Under the pieces are notes generated by a model. It was not told the DNA's origin. It worked only from the letters and a program-made list of their open reading frames with translations, and did not search any database. The translations under genes were made by a program, and so were the position numbers. Positions 24,376-38,225 of a stretch of 64,000 nucleotides of DNA are shown here, piece after piece. Within the stretch, counting starts at the first letter, position 1. The number at the start of each line of letters is the position of its first letter. Source of the stretch: Octopus sinensis (taxonomy: Eukaryota); NCBI RefSeq assembly GCF_006345805.1, contig NC_043005.1, positions 77,438,001-77,502,000 on the forward strand, in the 5' to 3' direction.

Positions 24376-24946
24376 ATTCCGATATTATAGTAGTCAAAAC
24401 TTGAGACAAAATAGTTTCCAAATATAATTATATATTGAGAGAGAGATATAGATATACATACATACATACATACATACATACATACATACATACATACATA
24501 CATACATAATTATATACATACATGCTTACATGTAACACACTGCCTAAATACCAATCGAGAGATTCCGATATTACAGTAGTCAAAACTTGAGACAAGATAG
24601 TTTCCAATATAATTATATATTGAGAGATATAGATATACATACATACATACATACATACATACATACATACATACATACATACATACATACATACATACAT
24701 ACATACATACATGCTTACATGTAACACACTGCCTAAATACCAATCGAGAGATTCCGATATTAATATTACAGTAGTCAAAACTTGAGACAAGATAGTTTCC
24801 AAATATAATTATATATTGAGAGATATAGATATACATACATACATACATACATACATACATACATACATACATACATACATACATACATACATACATACAT
24901 ACATACATGCTTACATGTAACACACTGCCTAAATACCAATCGAGAG
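24376..24946. repeat. Three-unit minisatellite (186/189/196 bp), each unit with an internal (CATA)n
   Basis: attccgatatt..agtagtcaaaacttgagacaa starts at 24376, 24562 and 24751. Confidence 0.92.
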
Positions 24947-25338
24947 AAATTAGGCTTCTCAAAACCAGAAAGGAAAAAGCTAATTCAAAGATTACCCATC
25001 CAATCCATCATTGAAACTGTATAAATCTGTAAAACTTTCCAGAAGTTTATCATTTAAATATGTATGAGCTTGACTAGGTGTTCAACTGCATGCATGAAAA
25101 TACGTAGATAAAGCAAAACGTACAAATCTGTACATATACATACATACATACATACATACATACATACATACATACATACATACATACATACATACGTACA
25201 TACATACAAAAATACCTTGCTGATGTTGAAATTCCAACGAAGGAGCCTCGGATTTAGGTTAGAAACCGATTCTTTCTCTATTGGCAAGAAATCTTGAAAT
25301 AAAACTGAACAATCACTCACATACATACATACACACAC

Positions 25339-25373
<35 letters not shown>

Positions 25374-25444
25374 TACATACATACATACATACATACATAC
25401 ATACATACACACACACACATACATACATACATACATACATACAT

Positions 25445-25479
<35 letters not shown>

Positions 25480-25859
25480 TACATACATACATACATACAT
25501 ACATACACACACACATACATACATACACACACCACATACATACATACATACATACATACATACATACATACATACATACATCATAAAGTCAGGAGATGTG
25601 AGGGGTGAAGATAAGTTATTTTTCCATATGAATTCCATATGATTACAACCGTTTCGTAACTTTCTTCGTGTAGTCTTACAACGAAAGTTGTATCGTAGAT
25701 GTAACCATGTTTAGGTATCTGGTGAGTTATCGTTCTTTAATTCCATTAATTTGTGAATATACAATTGTTTTGTATGATACTAAGCATACATATTGATGAA
25801 AACATGTACGTGTAATATTTTGTGTACTGAAATTTACTTCTCACTGAAAAATCTGAAAG

Positions 25860-26335
25860 ACATGAAAAGGACGGAAGGAATTTGAACACAGAACGAAGAA
25901 CTGGACGAAATACCTATTTCTTCACAACCCACTAGGGGCTAAACATAGAGAGGACAAACAAGGACAGACAAACGGATCAAGTCGATTACATCAACCCCAG
26001 TGCGTAACTGGTACTTAATTTATCGACCCCGAAAGGATGAAAGGCAAAGTCGACCTCGGCGGAATTTGAACTCAGAACGTAACGGCAGACGAAATACGGC
26101 TACGCATTTCGCCCGGCGTGCTAACGTTTCAAATTTTGGCACAAGGCCAGAAACTTCAGGGAAAGAGATAAGTCGATTACATCGACTCCAGTATTCAACT
26201 GGTTCTTATTTTATCGACCCCGTAAAGATAAAAGGCAAAGTCGACCTCAGCGGAATTTGAACTCAAAACATAAAGTCAGAAGAAATGCCGCTAAGCAGTT
26301 TTACGTCATGGTAACGATTCTGCCAGGTGCCACCT
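25860..26335 (-). mobile_element. SINE family A cluster including an A2-A1 dimer junction
   Basis: gacgaaatacc|tatttc junction at about 25914; further copy at 26150-26335. Confidence 0.82.
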
Positions 26336-27255
26336 TTTAATGACATATAATGGTGATACCGATATTGCACATCAAAACGCTTATCCTGCGAAGTAACAAA
26401 ATTCAAAAATAAGGCACCGTTGCTCTTATAAATATTTACGCCTGATCTTTTTTACTCGCATCAACCCAATCAACAGAAGTGCTTATCGGGAAAAAGTATA
26501 CTCGATTTTTGCACGAGATATATGGAAAATTGCAGAGCTTTTGGCCAAAAATAGTGTTTCGATTTTTACGCAAGTTTATGTACCCACAGGGTGTCTTTCA
26601 GAATAGTAACCAACCCCAATCTTTATGAAACCCCTTTACTCATTCCTTTTTCTCATATGTATAATTATAAAGATATTTGAACCCACACTCCTCAATGAAT
26701 GTTCTGCTTAATGGTGTTAAATTGGCAGATGCTATTGAAAACCAGTCTAAATTCAATTTCGTTTTGGGCTCCAGAAATCTTCCTATCATCCTATCACCCT
26801 CGGAAGTCAATAAATGAATTACCATAAATTATATTGGAATCGATTTCATCGACTATAGGTCAACCTGACAAACGTTGGCCTCGTACATCTGATCAGAATA
26901 AATTATACAATACTATAGTATTTTTTGATAATTTAGTCACGATGATGGGGCTGCGTGAATGACCTTTTGTAAACCCTCTGAGAATAAGGATATTGATGTT
27001 TACAGTGAATCAATTCAAGAATAATATGAGCGGAAATATTGGCTCTAGTAGGCGGATGTTCTTGGGAAGGACTATTTGAAAAAACTGATTAGTACGAAGC
27101 AACGAAAGAATTAGAAACAGAGAAGACGGCTGTATTAGGTGAGCTAGGGGTAGGTGCAGAATGCATCTACTTAGTTGAACAAAACACAGGCTTTTAGTAA
27201 TGGGCAGCTGATGGTCAGTCTAAGAAAAGTTTGTACAGGGAGGTTAGCTCTAGAC

Positions 27256-27943
27256 CAGTAGTTCTCAAACTTTTTCGGGTTGTCGCCCCCTTGACACCGA
27301 AGCTACATTCCTAGCGCCCCATCCCAACTAACCATCAGAAACATAGACCTCCTTCTGAAGCAAATCCAAAGCAACTGTATTTCACAAATAAAACTTAACT
27401 TAGTAGTTTAGGTTAAGCTTGCTTACCAACCACATGGTTCCGGGTTCAGTCCCATTGCGTGGCACCTTGGGCAAGTGTCTTATACTATAGCCTTGGGCCG
27501 ACTAAAGCCTTGTGAGTGGATTTGGTAGACGGAAACTGAAAGAAGCCCATTGTATATATGTATATGTATATATATATGTGTGTGCGTGTGTGTGTGTGTG
27601 TGTGTTTGTGTGTCTGTGTTTATTCCCCCAGCATCGCTTTCAACCGATGCTGGTGTGTTTACGTCTCCCTAACTTAGCGGTTCAGCAAAAGAGACTAATA
27701 GAATAAGTACTAGGCTTACAAAGAATAAGTCCTGCGGTCGATTTGTTCGACTAAAGGTGGTGCTCCAGCATGGCAGCAGTCAAATTACTGTAACAAGTAA
27801 AAGAGTAAAAGAGTAACGAACGCATTATTTTGTTGTTTTTACATGAATCGCTACCCCATCATCGCCCCACTTTTCTTCAACGTCCTCTTGGAAAATTTCC
27901 ACCGTCCCCAGGGAGACAATACTGCCCACTTTGAGAACCATTG
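27256..27943. mobile_element. Charlie-like hAT MITE with nested SINE B
   Basis: TIRs cagtagttctcaaact / actttgagaaccattg; 8-bp flanks ctctagac and ctcttgac (7/8, NTCTAGAN type). Confidence 0.82.
27412..27815 (+). mobile_element. SINE family B nested in hAT MITE
   Basis: agcttgcttaccaaccacatggttccgggttcagtccc ... aacaagtaaaagagtaaaagag. Confidence 0.9.
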
Positions 27944-28035
27944 CTCTTGACTGAATTTTCCGGATTTCTGATAATCACTTTTTAAAAGACATAGCACCTA
28001 ATAAAACTCGTTAATCCTCACTCTTTCTCTCTCTT

Positions 28036-28079
<44 letters not shown>

Positions 28080-28821
28080 TCTCTCTCTCTCGTTTGGAAT
28101 ATATTTGAAATGAGAGAAACAGGAAGAAATAAAAAATATAATCTAGGTAAAGAACAAGCTTTATTCAACTAATTAAATACTAAAAATGCCGTAAACTAGA
28201 ATTCAGTCTTGTATTTTGAGAAGCAATAATCCACTTTGGATAGAACAGAAATTTTCTGTTTTTAATGACAATTAATTAAACAATTAACACACATTAACAC
28301 ACATTCTCTTGCCTCTAATTAACAACACATTCTCTTTAATTTTTACTTTTATTTTTTTATATTTCTTTGGTGCCGATTATTTGAGAGCACCGGTTATTTG
28401 AATACCGGATAAGAGGGAGTTTACTGTACTTAGAGAAAAAGGAGTTTTGTGTATCCAAGGAACTTATTCCAACTAGGTATAGTTTCTGAATGGAAAATAG
28501 ACATCGGTCATTGACTCAGTGCAGCATTAGCAGCATGTTATAAACAGATTCTTCTTAGAACCGATGGGGAATAACTGTTATCTTGGCAAGCAGTGACTCT
28601 TGTAATGCATCAGAAATCTTTGAAATAGTGAAGCTTTGATAAATAAAATTCAATCATCGATCCCACAGCATCTCCCTGATAACATGTATCCTACCAATGC
28701 CTAAATATTCAACCAACCTAGCTATGTTCGATGTTGCTTAAGTCCAAGTAATAAGCGAATAATTAACTTGGTTCAGTCAATGGACTGTGGCCATGCAGAG
28801 GCACTACTTTGAAAGTGAGAT

Positions 28822-28939
28822 GCTTACAACATTTAGGTTTGCCAAACGGCCACACATCTAAGTACTAACTAGGCTCAACGTTACGTAACTTCGAGAAACG
28901 GACGAAAACCGTTGATTTCAACGTGAAATGACCAAAATG
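28822..28939 (-). pseudogene. Diverged 5S rRNA-like sequence (pseudogene or SINE3 head)
   Basis: Reverse complement ggtcatttcacgttgaaatcaacggttttcgtccg..cgaagttacgtaacgttgagcctagttagtacttagatgtgtggccgtttgg..tgttgtaagc is collinear with metazoan 5S rRNA over about 118 nt, with degenerate box A and box C. Confidence 0.8.
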
Positions 28940-29093
28940 CTTAAATTAAAAGCAATATCACTTACGTGTATTATATATACATACACACACGCACATACAT
29001 ATGTATATATATATATGTATATATGTATATATATATGTCTATATATATATGTCTATATATATGTATATATATATACATACATACATATATATA

Positions 29094-29142
<49 letters not shown>

Positions 29143-29239
29143 ATATATATATAACACGCACCAGCGTGGCGATGCGGTAAGATGTTTGCTTCCCAAGTAC
29201 ATAGTTCCAGTTTCAGTCCCACTCCGTCACAGCTTAATA

Positions 29240-29655
29240 AAGGATCTTCTTATTTCTTTATTGCCCACAAAGGGCTAAAGATAGAGGTCACAAACAAGAA
29301 CAGACAAACGGATTAAGTCGATTACATCAACCCCAGTGTGGAACTGGTACTTAATTTATCGACCCCGAAAGGATGAAAGGCAAAGTCGACCTCGGCGGAA
29401 TTTGAACTCAGAACGTAACGGCAGACGAAATACCTATTCTTGACCACCCACAAGAGGCTAAACACAGAGAGGACAAACAAGGACAGACAAACTTATTAAG
29501 TCGATTATATCGACCCTGTACGTAACTGGTACTATTTAATCCACCCCGAAATGATGAAAGGTAAAGTCGACCTCGGCGGAATTTGAACTCAGAAAGTAGC
29601 AGCGGACGAAATATCGCTAAGCATTTCGCCCGGCGTGCTAACGTTTCTGCCTTGC
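29240..29655 (-). mobile_element. Two tandem SINE A2 copies with the recurrent dimer junction
   Basis: cccacaagggct..ggacagacaaacggattaagtcgat units; junction gacgaaatacc|tattc at about 29434. Confidence 0.85.
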
Positions 29656-29800
29656 TAAAGGATCATCTGCTATAATCTCGGACTGACCGAAGCCTTTTGA
29701 GTGGATTTGCTAGACGGAAACTGAAACTCTGTGTGTGTGTGTGTGTATGTGTGTGTGTGTGTGTGTGTGTGTTTCTGTGTGTGTGTGTGTATGCGCGCGT

Positions 29801-29832
<32 letters not shown>

Positions 29833-30156
29833 CTGAGACTATATTTCTCCACTCCATACCCCCGTCGCTTGATAACCGGTGTAGGTATATTTATGTCTTG
29901 GCACCTTAGCAGTTCAGCAAAACATTTCTTCTCCTTGTTTCAGCCATGAAGGGTTTTAGTCGAATAAGTCGAACCCAGTTCTTAGTATTCTTTTTTAAAG
30001 TCTGGTACTTATTACTCTCTTTTGCCGCACCGCTAGGTTACAAGGACTTAAACACACCATTACCTGTTGTCAAGGAGTGGGGGAAACAAACACAAAAACA
30101 AAGACACACACATACACATATATGAATATTGAAATTTAATTATATGTACATATATA

Positions 30157-30192
<36 letters not shown>

Positions 30193-30676
30193 TGTATGTA
30201 TGTATGTATGTATGTTTGTGTGTATATGTATGTATGTATATATATATATATCGTTTTGAATAGTGAACAGACTCAACAACTACTGAAAATGTTGCAAGAC
30301 GCAACGAAAATTTTTGAAAAATAAATAAGTAAATGAGTGGAAACTTTACCGGTGAGTGTGTTAAATTATAAAAAAGAATGACTCTCCGCAGATACAACAG
30401 AATATATATTTAACGGGTTTCTTTCAGCTTCCGTCAACCAAATCGACTCAAAAAATCATTGATCGTTCCGGGGCTATAAAAGAAGAGACCTGCCCAAGGT
30501 AGCGTGAACAACTCAATCAACTTTTTAATATAAAGTGCATATTGACTATTTTTATATACATGAGCTTGACATTTGTTATATATGTGTGAAAAATAATGGA
30601 CAGCAATATAAACTACGTTGTTAGCTATTTTTTAAATACATTCCATCGTAAATACACACACAGGCGCGCGCATATA

Positions 30677-30712
<36 letters not shown>

Positions 30713-31086
30713 TGTATATAAATGTATATTAGTGTGTGTATGTGTATGTGGTATGACTGCGTGTGTATGTGTCTGTGTGAGCATTAATAGTTCACTCCAG
30801 ATATTTATATATACGGGCAATCGTACGCACATCGAAATATATATAAGTCAATATATATGTATGCATGTAAATGTACACACTACACATATATGCATATATA
30901 TATATATATATATATATATACGTATACGTATATACGTATACATATATATTTGTTTGTACATATGCGTGCTTGTGCATGTATATGCATATATGTATATACA
31001 TATGTATGTGTGTGTATATATATATATATACATGTGTGTGCGTATGTATACATATACATACATATATATACACACACACACACACA

Positions 31087-31123
<37 letters not shown>

Positions 31124-31306
31124 AGTAGATAATAACGGAATAGATAGATTGCATGATAAAAATGATGGAGAGATATTTGAAAAACCGCATTGAAAATGAT
31201 TATCAATAGTGGCAATATATGAACGTATATTTTTTTTAACGAATCACTTACACACACATACACACAGACACACACATACATACATACATACACTTATATA
31301 TACACT

Positions 31307-31344
<38 letters not shown>

Positions 31345-32259
31345 GCGTATTACATCCTACCATTTGGCCACATGTTTTGTGAGAGTTATTTTCGTCGGAA
31401 TGAAATCGATTGCGGTTTTGATTTGGCTAGCTACGGACACATCACCAAAGTTAGTCTACATACAATTCCTGGCAGAATTGGCAATCGATAGAACAAAAGT
31501 GTTAAAAGGTGTTAGAACAAAAAAAAATAAAATAAAATAAATTATCCGCTTTGTGTAAATGCAATAGAAATTCACATAAATTAAAAGCTGTATAATGGAA
31601 CGAAAAGGAACATTTAAATAATTTAATAAATCATTATTTCTTTGTTTTTCATTCTAAGTTTTAACACAATATTCTGGAAGAAATTAAAATATAGCTTGAG
31701 GTAGTTCTTATTTTTGTTTTGGTGTTGCTGCGACGCGACGCTCATTCCAACGTTGTCGTAGTCTATCGATTTTAGATCGTTTATTGGTGGATTAGAGGAA
31801 TCGTTAGCTCGTCGGACAAATTACATTGCGGTATTCTGTTCTAAGCTCTTTACTTGCAAATTTAAATTTCGCTGATGTCAGCTTTTCCTTTCATCCTTCC
31901 GAGGATCAATAAAATAAAAGATTTTCAATTTTGGGGTCGATTTAATCAACATTTTCTTCCCCCAAATATCTTTTGGGTTTGTATCTATGTAGAATCATAG
32001 GAGCTAAGGTTTTGCAAACTGTCGGACAAAATACCTGGTAGTCATTCTTCCGGTTATTTACGTTCTCAGATCAAATTTGCTTTTTATCCCCCTAAGGTCG
32101 ATTGGGATAAGGCACCATGCAAATACTGAGACCTATGTATATGAGCGTACAGTGTGCGAGAGGTATTCGAGGACATGTGTGGAAATTTAATTCACCAGAT
32201 TTTATCTATTAAAAATCAAATATATTTTTGTAAAGATTTTTGTAGGCGCAAGGCGTCAA

Positions 32260-32645
32260 TGCGTGATAAGACGTCTGCTTCCCAGCAACATGGTTCCAGG
32301 TTCATTCCACTGCGTGGCGCCTTGGGAAAGTGTCTTCTACTATAACTTCAAGCTGATTTGATGGACGGAAACTGAAAGAAGCCCGTCGTATATGTGTATG
32401 AGTGTGTGTGTTTGTGTGTGAATGTGTGTGGTTGTATGTGTCTGTGTGTGTATTTATCGGTGTCTTTGTATTTGTCGACAATACCGCTTGACAACCGGTG
32501 TTAGTGTGTTTGCGTTCCCGTAACTTAGATCAATCGAATTAGTGCCGAACCTTACATAAAAGTTAAATACTGAGGTCGATTTATTCAACTACAATTCTTC
32601 GAGGTGGTGCCCCAGCATGGCCGGAGTTTAACAACTGAAAGACGT
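32260..32645 (+). mobile_element. SINE family B, older
   Basis: ctgcttcccagcaacatggttcc..cttgggaaagtgtcttctactata head; cccagcatggcc tail. Confidence 0.75.
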
Positions 32646-32769
32646 GTAAGGCATGTTTTCATTTAGGATTATTTTATGAATTCGCCTTCAGCTTCGTTAA
32701 CTCAGGACCGAAATTGTTGGCTCCGCTAAATGTTCCCTGTTCATTTCAGACATCACCTGGAGAACAGCG

Positions 32770-33350
32770 GCCTCAAGTGACGCTATGTTATTGGGAAGAT
32801 GTCGATTAGTCTTCTTTTCAACCCTGCTCCGAACCTAGCAATCGGTTGGATTTATATCTGAAGTGTTTGGGGACCACAAGTCTGAGCTGCATGGACTTTA
32901 AAGAATGTCTGGCAGCCATTTTTAGATTACACGGGTTTTGTGAGAAGGCAGTGAGTCTTGTTAAAACACGTATTGCCCACTACTGCGTACTGCATCCATC
33001 CAAGGCTTTACAATGTATTCAGGAACGTTAATTCTATGACCCTGTGAGAAAATGTGAGGCGGCAGCACATGCGTTCATCATTCATGGCCCCTAAAACCAA
33101 CACAATTGTTGGAAATTTAGTGTACATCACTCTAGGGACATCACCAGGATCTGCACAAAACCAGCTGTTATTCCTTCCGTAAGACTTTTCGTATTGGTCG
33201 AATATTTTCCCATCAGAGAAGAACCAAAGCATGCTCTGTTCGTGGAGGGATTTAATTTTGTTAAGTAACCGCGTGACACGGATCAAACGGTTTTCCTGTC
33301 TTTGCAGACATGAACTGGCCTCTCTTCAGTATATACGACTTCTATCGAAT
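32770..33350 (-). mobile_element. Decayed Tc1/mariner-superfamily transposase, maT/DD37D-like catalytic region
   Basis: RLLNKIK..MLWFFSDGKIFDQ..VPRVMYTKFP.IVLVLG, then IVKPWMDAV..YVF*QDSLPSHK..DLWSPNTSDINPTDC*V (QQDSAPSH and WPPNSPDLNPLDY motifs) with stops and frameshifts. Confidence 0.85.
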
Positions 33351-33964
33351 GCCTCACAGATCTAATAGTCCACTACAACATCTTGCGTTCTTTGGAAATA
33401 GCCCAATGGGTCTCATTGACTTTTCGGTACCTGCATCGATAAAGTTTTAAAGCTGAGATAAATTTTCGGTGTCTTTAGAGTGTCCAAAAGTTCAGAACGT
33501 TCTTTCTGATTGATACTGTTGAAACACAGCCCCGCCCCGCTTCCAATTCCATCCCAACTTTATGTACAAAATATTTTGTAGCCTTTAAAAAGCTATCAAG
33601 TTCTAAATCTCCGCATTCTGCATATATGGTAACAATAACTGCATCACTTTTTATTTCTTGTGTTAGCATTTAGCATTTTGTCTATCCTCGGGAATCTGGA
33701 AGTAATAAAACTTTTTAATTGCTTTGAAAAGAGAAATATAGTAATAATTAAGTGTTCTATAATAGCTCTAGCACCTTGTATTTATCTCATATATATGTCG
33801 GAGCAGGCACAGCAAAATTGACACCGGGAGGGTTTGAACACCGGATGTAGAGAGCCAGAAGAAATATCAAAGCATTTTTGCTAAGCTCTAGCGATTCTCT
33901 GAAACTTCACCCACCCTAAATAAGAATAGTATGATAAAAACGAAAAGCCATATTATAGAAATTA

Positions 33965-34225
33965 GATCTAGCTCAGTGGTTAGAATATCAGGCTCACAAA
34001 CCATTCCCGGGGACCAGGCTGTGTGTTATGTTCTTGAGCAAGGCATTTTATTTCACGTTGCTCCAGTTCCCTCAGCTGTAGAAATGACATGCAACGTCAC
34101 TGGTGCCAAGCTTGATCGGCCTTTGCCTTTTCCTTCGATAACACTGGTGGCGTGGTGATGGGAAGCTCGTATGCAGGGACGACTGCTGGTCTTCCATAAA
34201 CAACCTTGCCTGAACATGCGCCTCG
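33965..34225 (+). mobile_element. SINE family D (C-like head, different tail)
   Basis: gctcagtggttagaat head, gttcttgagcaaggcattt..ctcagctgtagaaatg body, ggtcttccataaacaaccttgc tail shared with 42200-42540. Confidence 0.65.
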
Positions 34226-34627
34226 AACGGGAATGTATATATATAATGTATATATATATATGTATATATATATATAACGGAACGCGTTGCGTACCGTCAC
34301 TTAATAAATGAAAAACTGAATTGTAAAGAAACGAGTGTACAACTGGGCGGGAGACAGACAAAAGAGGTCCCTAATTCTTCATCAGTTATTAACGAAATGG
34401 TAATACTCAGTTTCCTGTCTCCCGTCCGGCTGTACACTTAGTCTACGTATAGGTTTTTTATTTGTCGTTGTTTATTTACAATGCATTTTTCCATATATAT
34501 ATATATATATATATATAGAATGAGAGAGACAGACACAGATAAACACATACACATACATTTATATATATATGCATATGTATGTATATGTGTGCGTGTGTGT
34601 GTGTGTGTCTGTCTGTCTGTATGTATG

Positions 34628-34666
<39 letters not shown>

Positions 34667-34776
34667 TTGTATGCATATTTCACGAGAAGCTGATATGAGT
34701 GAAAGAATGAAAAGAAAATTACAAACTGATAGAGTTGTACACAGTTACAGACAGACAGACAGACATACAGACAAGC

Positions 34777-34916
<140 letters not shown>

Positions 34917-35729
34917 TACTGCAGTAATATAAGGAAAAATATTTCAAATGTTTCTTTTTTTTTCCTTTTTGTTAATGAATCAATCTAAAGTCATTTAACA
35001 TTGTATCGCATCACTGGAATATTACAATTTTATTATCCTACATGGACTTTGAAGTGAAAGTTAAGCTTATGTAATTTACACTCGTTTTACATTCGCGAAA
35101 CTTAATATAGTTGTCTGTATAAGGTGTATTATCTATTTGTCTTTCATAAAACTAGCTTGCTTTTTCGGTATAGCCTTGCTTGATTAAATTCGTCTATACA
35201 ATGACACTATTATAAAAGATTCTGTGTCCTGAGGCAAAGGTTAGCAGCTTTTGAAATTAGCTCTTCTAGCAAAGTTAATTAATTTAACGTTTCAACCACT
35301 GAACACTTTTATACAACCACTTCTATTTACAAGCGAAAGAGGGGAAAAATTTGTCTATTTTTGCTTGGCAATACATTAATAATTTTATATCATTGTTTGT
35401 TCATTCTCCCTTTTCTGTTTGGGACAATTAGATAAGCGTTCCATCAAAATAACTCACAAAATGGAATTTTTCAAGATATTTTGTATATCTATTATATAAT
35501 TAACAGAATCCTATGAAAGTATGAAAGACAAACAGATTTGTGTTGACCTATGATTAAATGCATTGAAGCCACTACATATCGTCGTTATTCTTTCTTCTTA
35601 AGAGGTATTGCTGATTATATTGTTAAACGTCTCTTACTTTTTAAGATGGTGCTGGCTAGTTTAAAGTACAACAAGCTGTTCTTTCTAACAGTTCGATTGA
35701 TAGTAGTATAACTACTTTGTTGGCATTAA

Positions 35730-35962
35730 GCCCTTAGCACTTAAATCGATCATGTCTATCTCAAATATTCTACCGTTTTCTAACTGCCTCATGTCCAACC
35801 CAGCCACATCTAGCCTCTCACATTTTACCCTACAATGTCATTCTTTAAAATAAATAATCACATATTCGAAATTTCGAAGCTACATCATAAACACATAATT
35901 GGTTTTGAAAAATGTGAATAAATAAGCATTACATTTGACGGAGTAATCTGAATGCCAAAGGA
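35730..35962. mobile_element. piggyBac-like MITE
   Basis: TTAA|gcccttagcac ... gtaatctgaatgccaaagga|TTAA; related fragment at about 17560-17655. Confidence 0.7.
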
Positions 35963-36129
35963 TTAAGACTGACAAAATAGATCAAACTATACATCATAGC
36001 TGATTCGATTGAACACTGCTTCTTCTACAAGCCTTAGGTTTGAGTCTAGGCGTAAAAAAAACCAATGAATTTCATTTAGTTAGGTTTTTATTTTTGTTTT
36101 CTTCCAGGTCGATTCGCTACTTTTTCAGC

Positions 36130-36420
36130 TGTGAGAGGTCACAGTTTCAGTAGTACGGACATGTGATTAGAATGCCGCAGGAAAGAATCGCAAGACGGAT
36201 TCTTGAAGCCGAGCCAATCGGCAAGAAACTTAGGGATAAACGAAGAGTGAGATGATTGGATAATATCCATACTCTCGGTATGCCATGTTTGGGCATCCAG
36301 CTCTGAAAGTGTTATGACTTAATGGAAGAGGTGCCTGACGACTCTACCCACCGCCCACGATCCTCCTAACAATAATGGGCAGAGAAGATGAATGGATGAG
36401 TAGATACATGGAAGTGGTGA
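36130..36420 (+). mobile_element. RTE-group LINE 3' fragment
   Basis: ERSQFQ*YGHVIRMPQERIARRILEAEPIGKK.RDKRRVR*LDNI matches the RTE thumb/C-terminal pattern L.W.GHV.RM...R..K...G.R.RGRPR.RW.D. Confidence 0.75.
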
Positions 36421-37557
36421 ATTGTGGTGAAAGGTTTTCCTTAACTAAAGGATCATGTCACTCGTCTCTACTGCTAAAAAAATTATCGTCTCAGCAAAAA
36501 TCCAAGACTATGCAGTTACGCCAACCAAATTTAAGACTCAGCATAATGAACCCTACAATATAAATAGGTGCAGGGTAATCCGAATTTATACTCATTGACA
36601 ACAAATAGATCCATCAAAGATTAACAAAATGACATTTTTATATCGTTTTGATCTCTTAATTTAGTTTTAAATATGCACAATCATCCACTAAAATACTATA
36701 ATATACATGTCATACCCAACCCTTTAAAATAAATCATGGACTTCACGTCATCACGAGAAAGTAATGATCATGGTATCTTTTATTCTTTTATCAAGGTCCA
36801 AACCCAAATTATCTGCAAACAACCTATCGTCACAAGGATCTATAAGATAAATAGTTGTATTCAATGGTGAGACGCCATTTTAACATCATGTTTAGTAGCT
36901 GCCAAAATGTAACTTATGGTTTTGTGTATAACAAACGTTCCAAATACAATACTAAATTGTTCTAAGATATTGGATTATAGCGTACCACATTAATTATGAC
37001 GTACTTTCATCACTTAATGTCTTTGTTCTTTGAATAGATTCCTTATTAGATATACTTGCTTTTAAAATACAAATATATATGTACTAAAGTGTTAGTTCGT
37101 CTTATAGAGATGAATACGTTTAAGTTTAAATTTTAAAATAACCTCTACAGAAAACTGCAAATCAATTCATATTAAAGTACAGTAATTTTGCGATAATAAA
37201 AAATAAATAAAGACTGTATTTCAACTTCAGAAGAACAAATCAATGCTATAAATAATACAGGACATATTGTCCTCCTATTGCGATAAGAATATTTTCAAAT
37301 GCCCGACTACCACTACACTTTTACATGTAGTTGCCCTGTCTCCACTCAGATTCTTTTAAATAACTATAAAATATGTAACATTCACATACTTCAGTTTTTT
37401 ATTGACAGGAAATCAAAAGGATTCAATACATTATGCATTTACGTATTGTTTAGCAGAACCAACATAATTCATCTTGAAGTTCATAATATAATAGTCAAAT
37501 AGATATCGTTATAATTATATATGCATATATTTAAATAAGGGAAGTATTCATCAATAA

Positions 37558-38225
37558 TACTTTATACTAAAGGCAAAGGCTTGAAATCTTGTAGAGAGGG
37601 GAAGGTGATTACATCGACTCCACTACTCAACTAGTATTTATTTCGTCGGGCTCAGGAGGATGAAAGGTAAAGGTGACCTCGGCGGAATGAACTCATACGC
37701 ATAGATTGAAGAATTGCCGTTAAGCTAACGATTCTACCAGGACGTCGCCTCAAAGTATTCACAAAAATGGGAGTGTATAAAATAAGGCGACGAGTTGGCA
37801 GAATCGTTAGCACACCGGGCGAATTGCTTAGCAGTATTTCGTCTGCTGTTACGTTCTGAGTTCAAATTCCGCCGAGGTCGACTTTGCCTTTCATCCTTTC
37901 AGGGTCGATAAATTAAGTACCAGTTACGCACTGGGATCGCTATAATCGACTTAATCCCTTTGTCTGTCCTTGTTTGTCCCCTCTATGTTTAGCCCCTTGT
38001 GGGCAATAAAAAAAAAGAAGAATCATTAGCATGCCGGCCAAAATGCGTAGCAGCATTTAGTCCGTCTGTACGTTCTGAGTTCAAATTCTTCCGAGGTCGA
38101 CCTTGCTTTTCATACTTTCGGGGTTGATGAAATAAGTACCAGTCGAGCACTGGGGTTGATATAATCGACTTAATCTATTTCCCGGACTCGCTGGGCTTCT
38201 GCTAAAATCTTAAACCAATAATGAG
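37558..38225. mobile_element. Three SINE family A copies (one minus, two plus; head-to-head)
   Basis: 37558-37755 minus; 37785-38005 and 38020-38220 plus. Confidence 0.8.

Noticed and set aside
26555-26830. 61-aa ORF next to a cagggtg Tc1-like terminus
   Set aside because: No transposase motif and no matching second TIR found.
28822-28939. Functional 5S rRNA gene
   Set aside because: Many substitutions including in boxes A and C and the terminal helix, single copy, and no oligo-T terminator.
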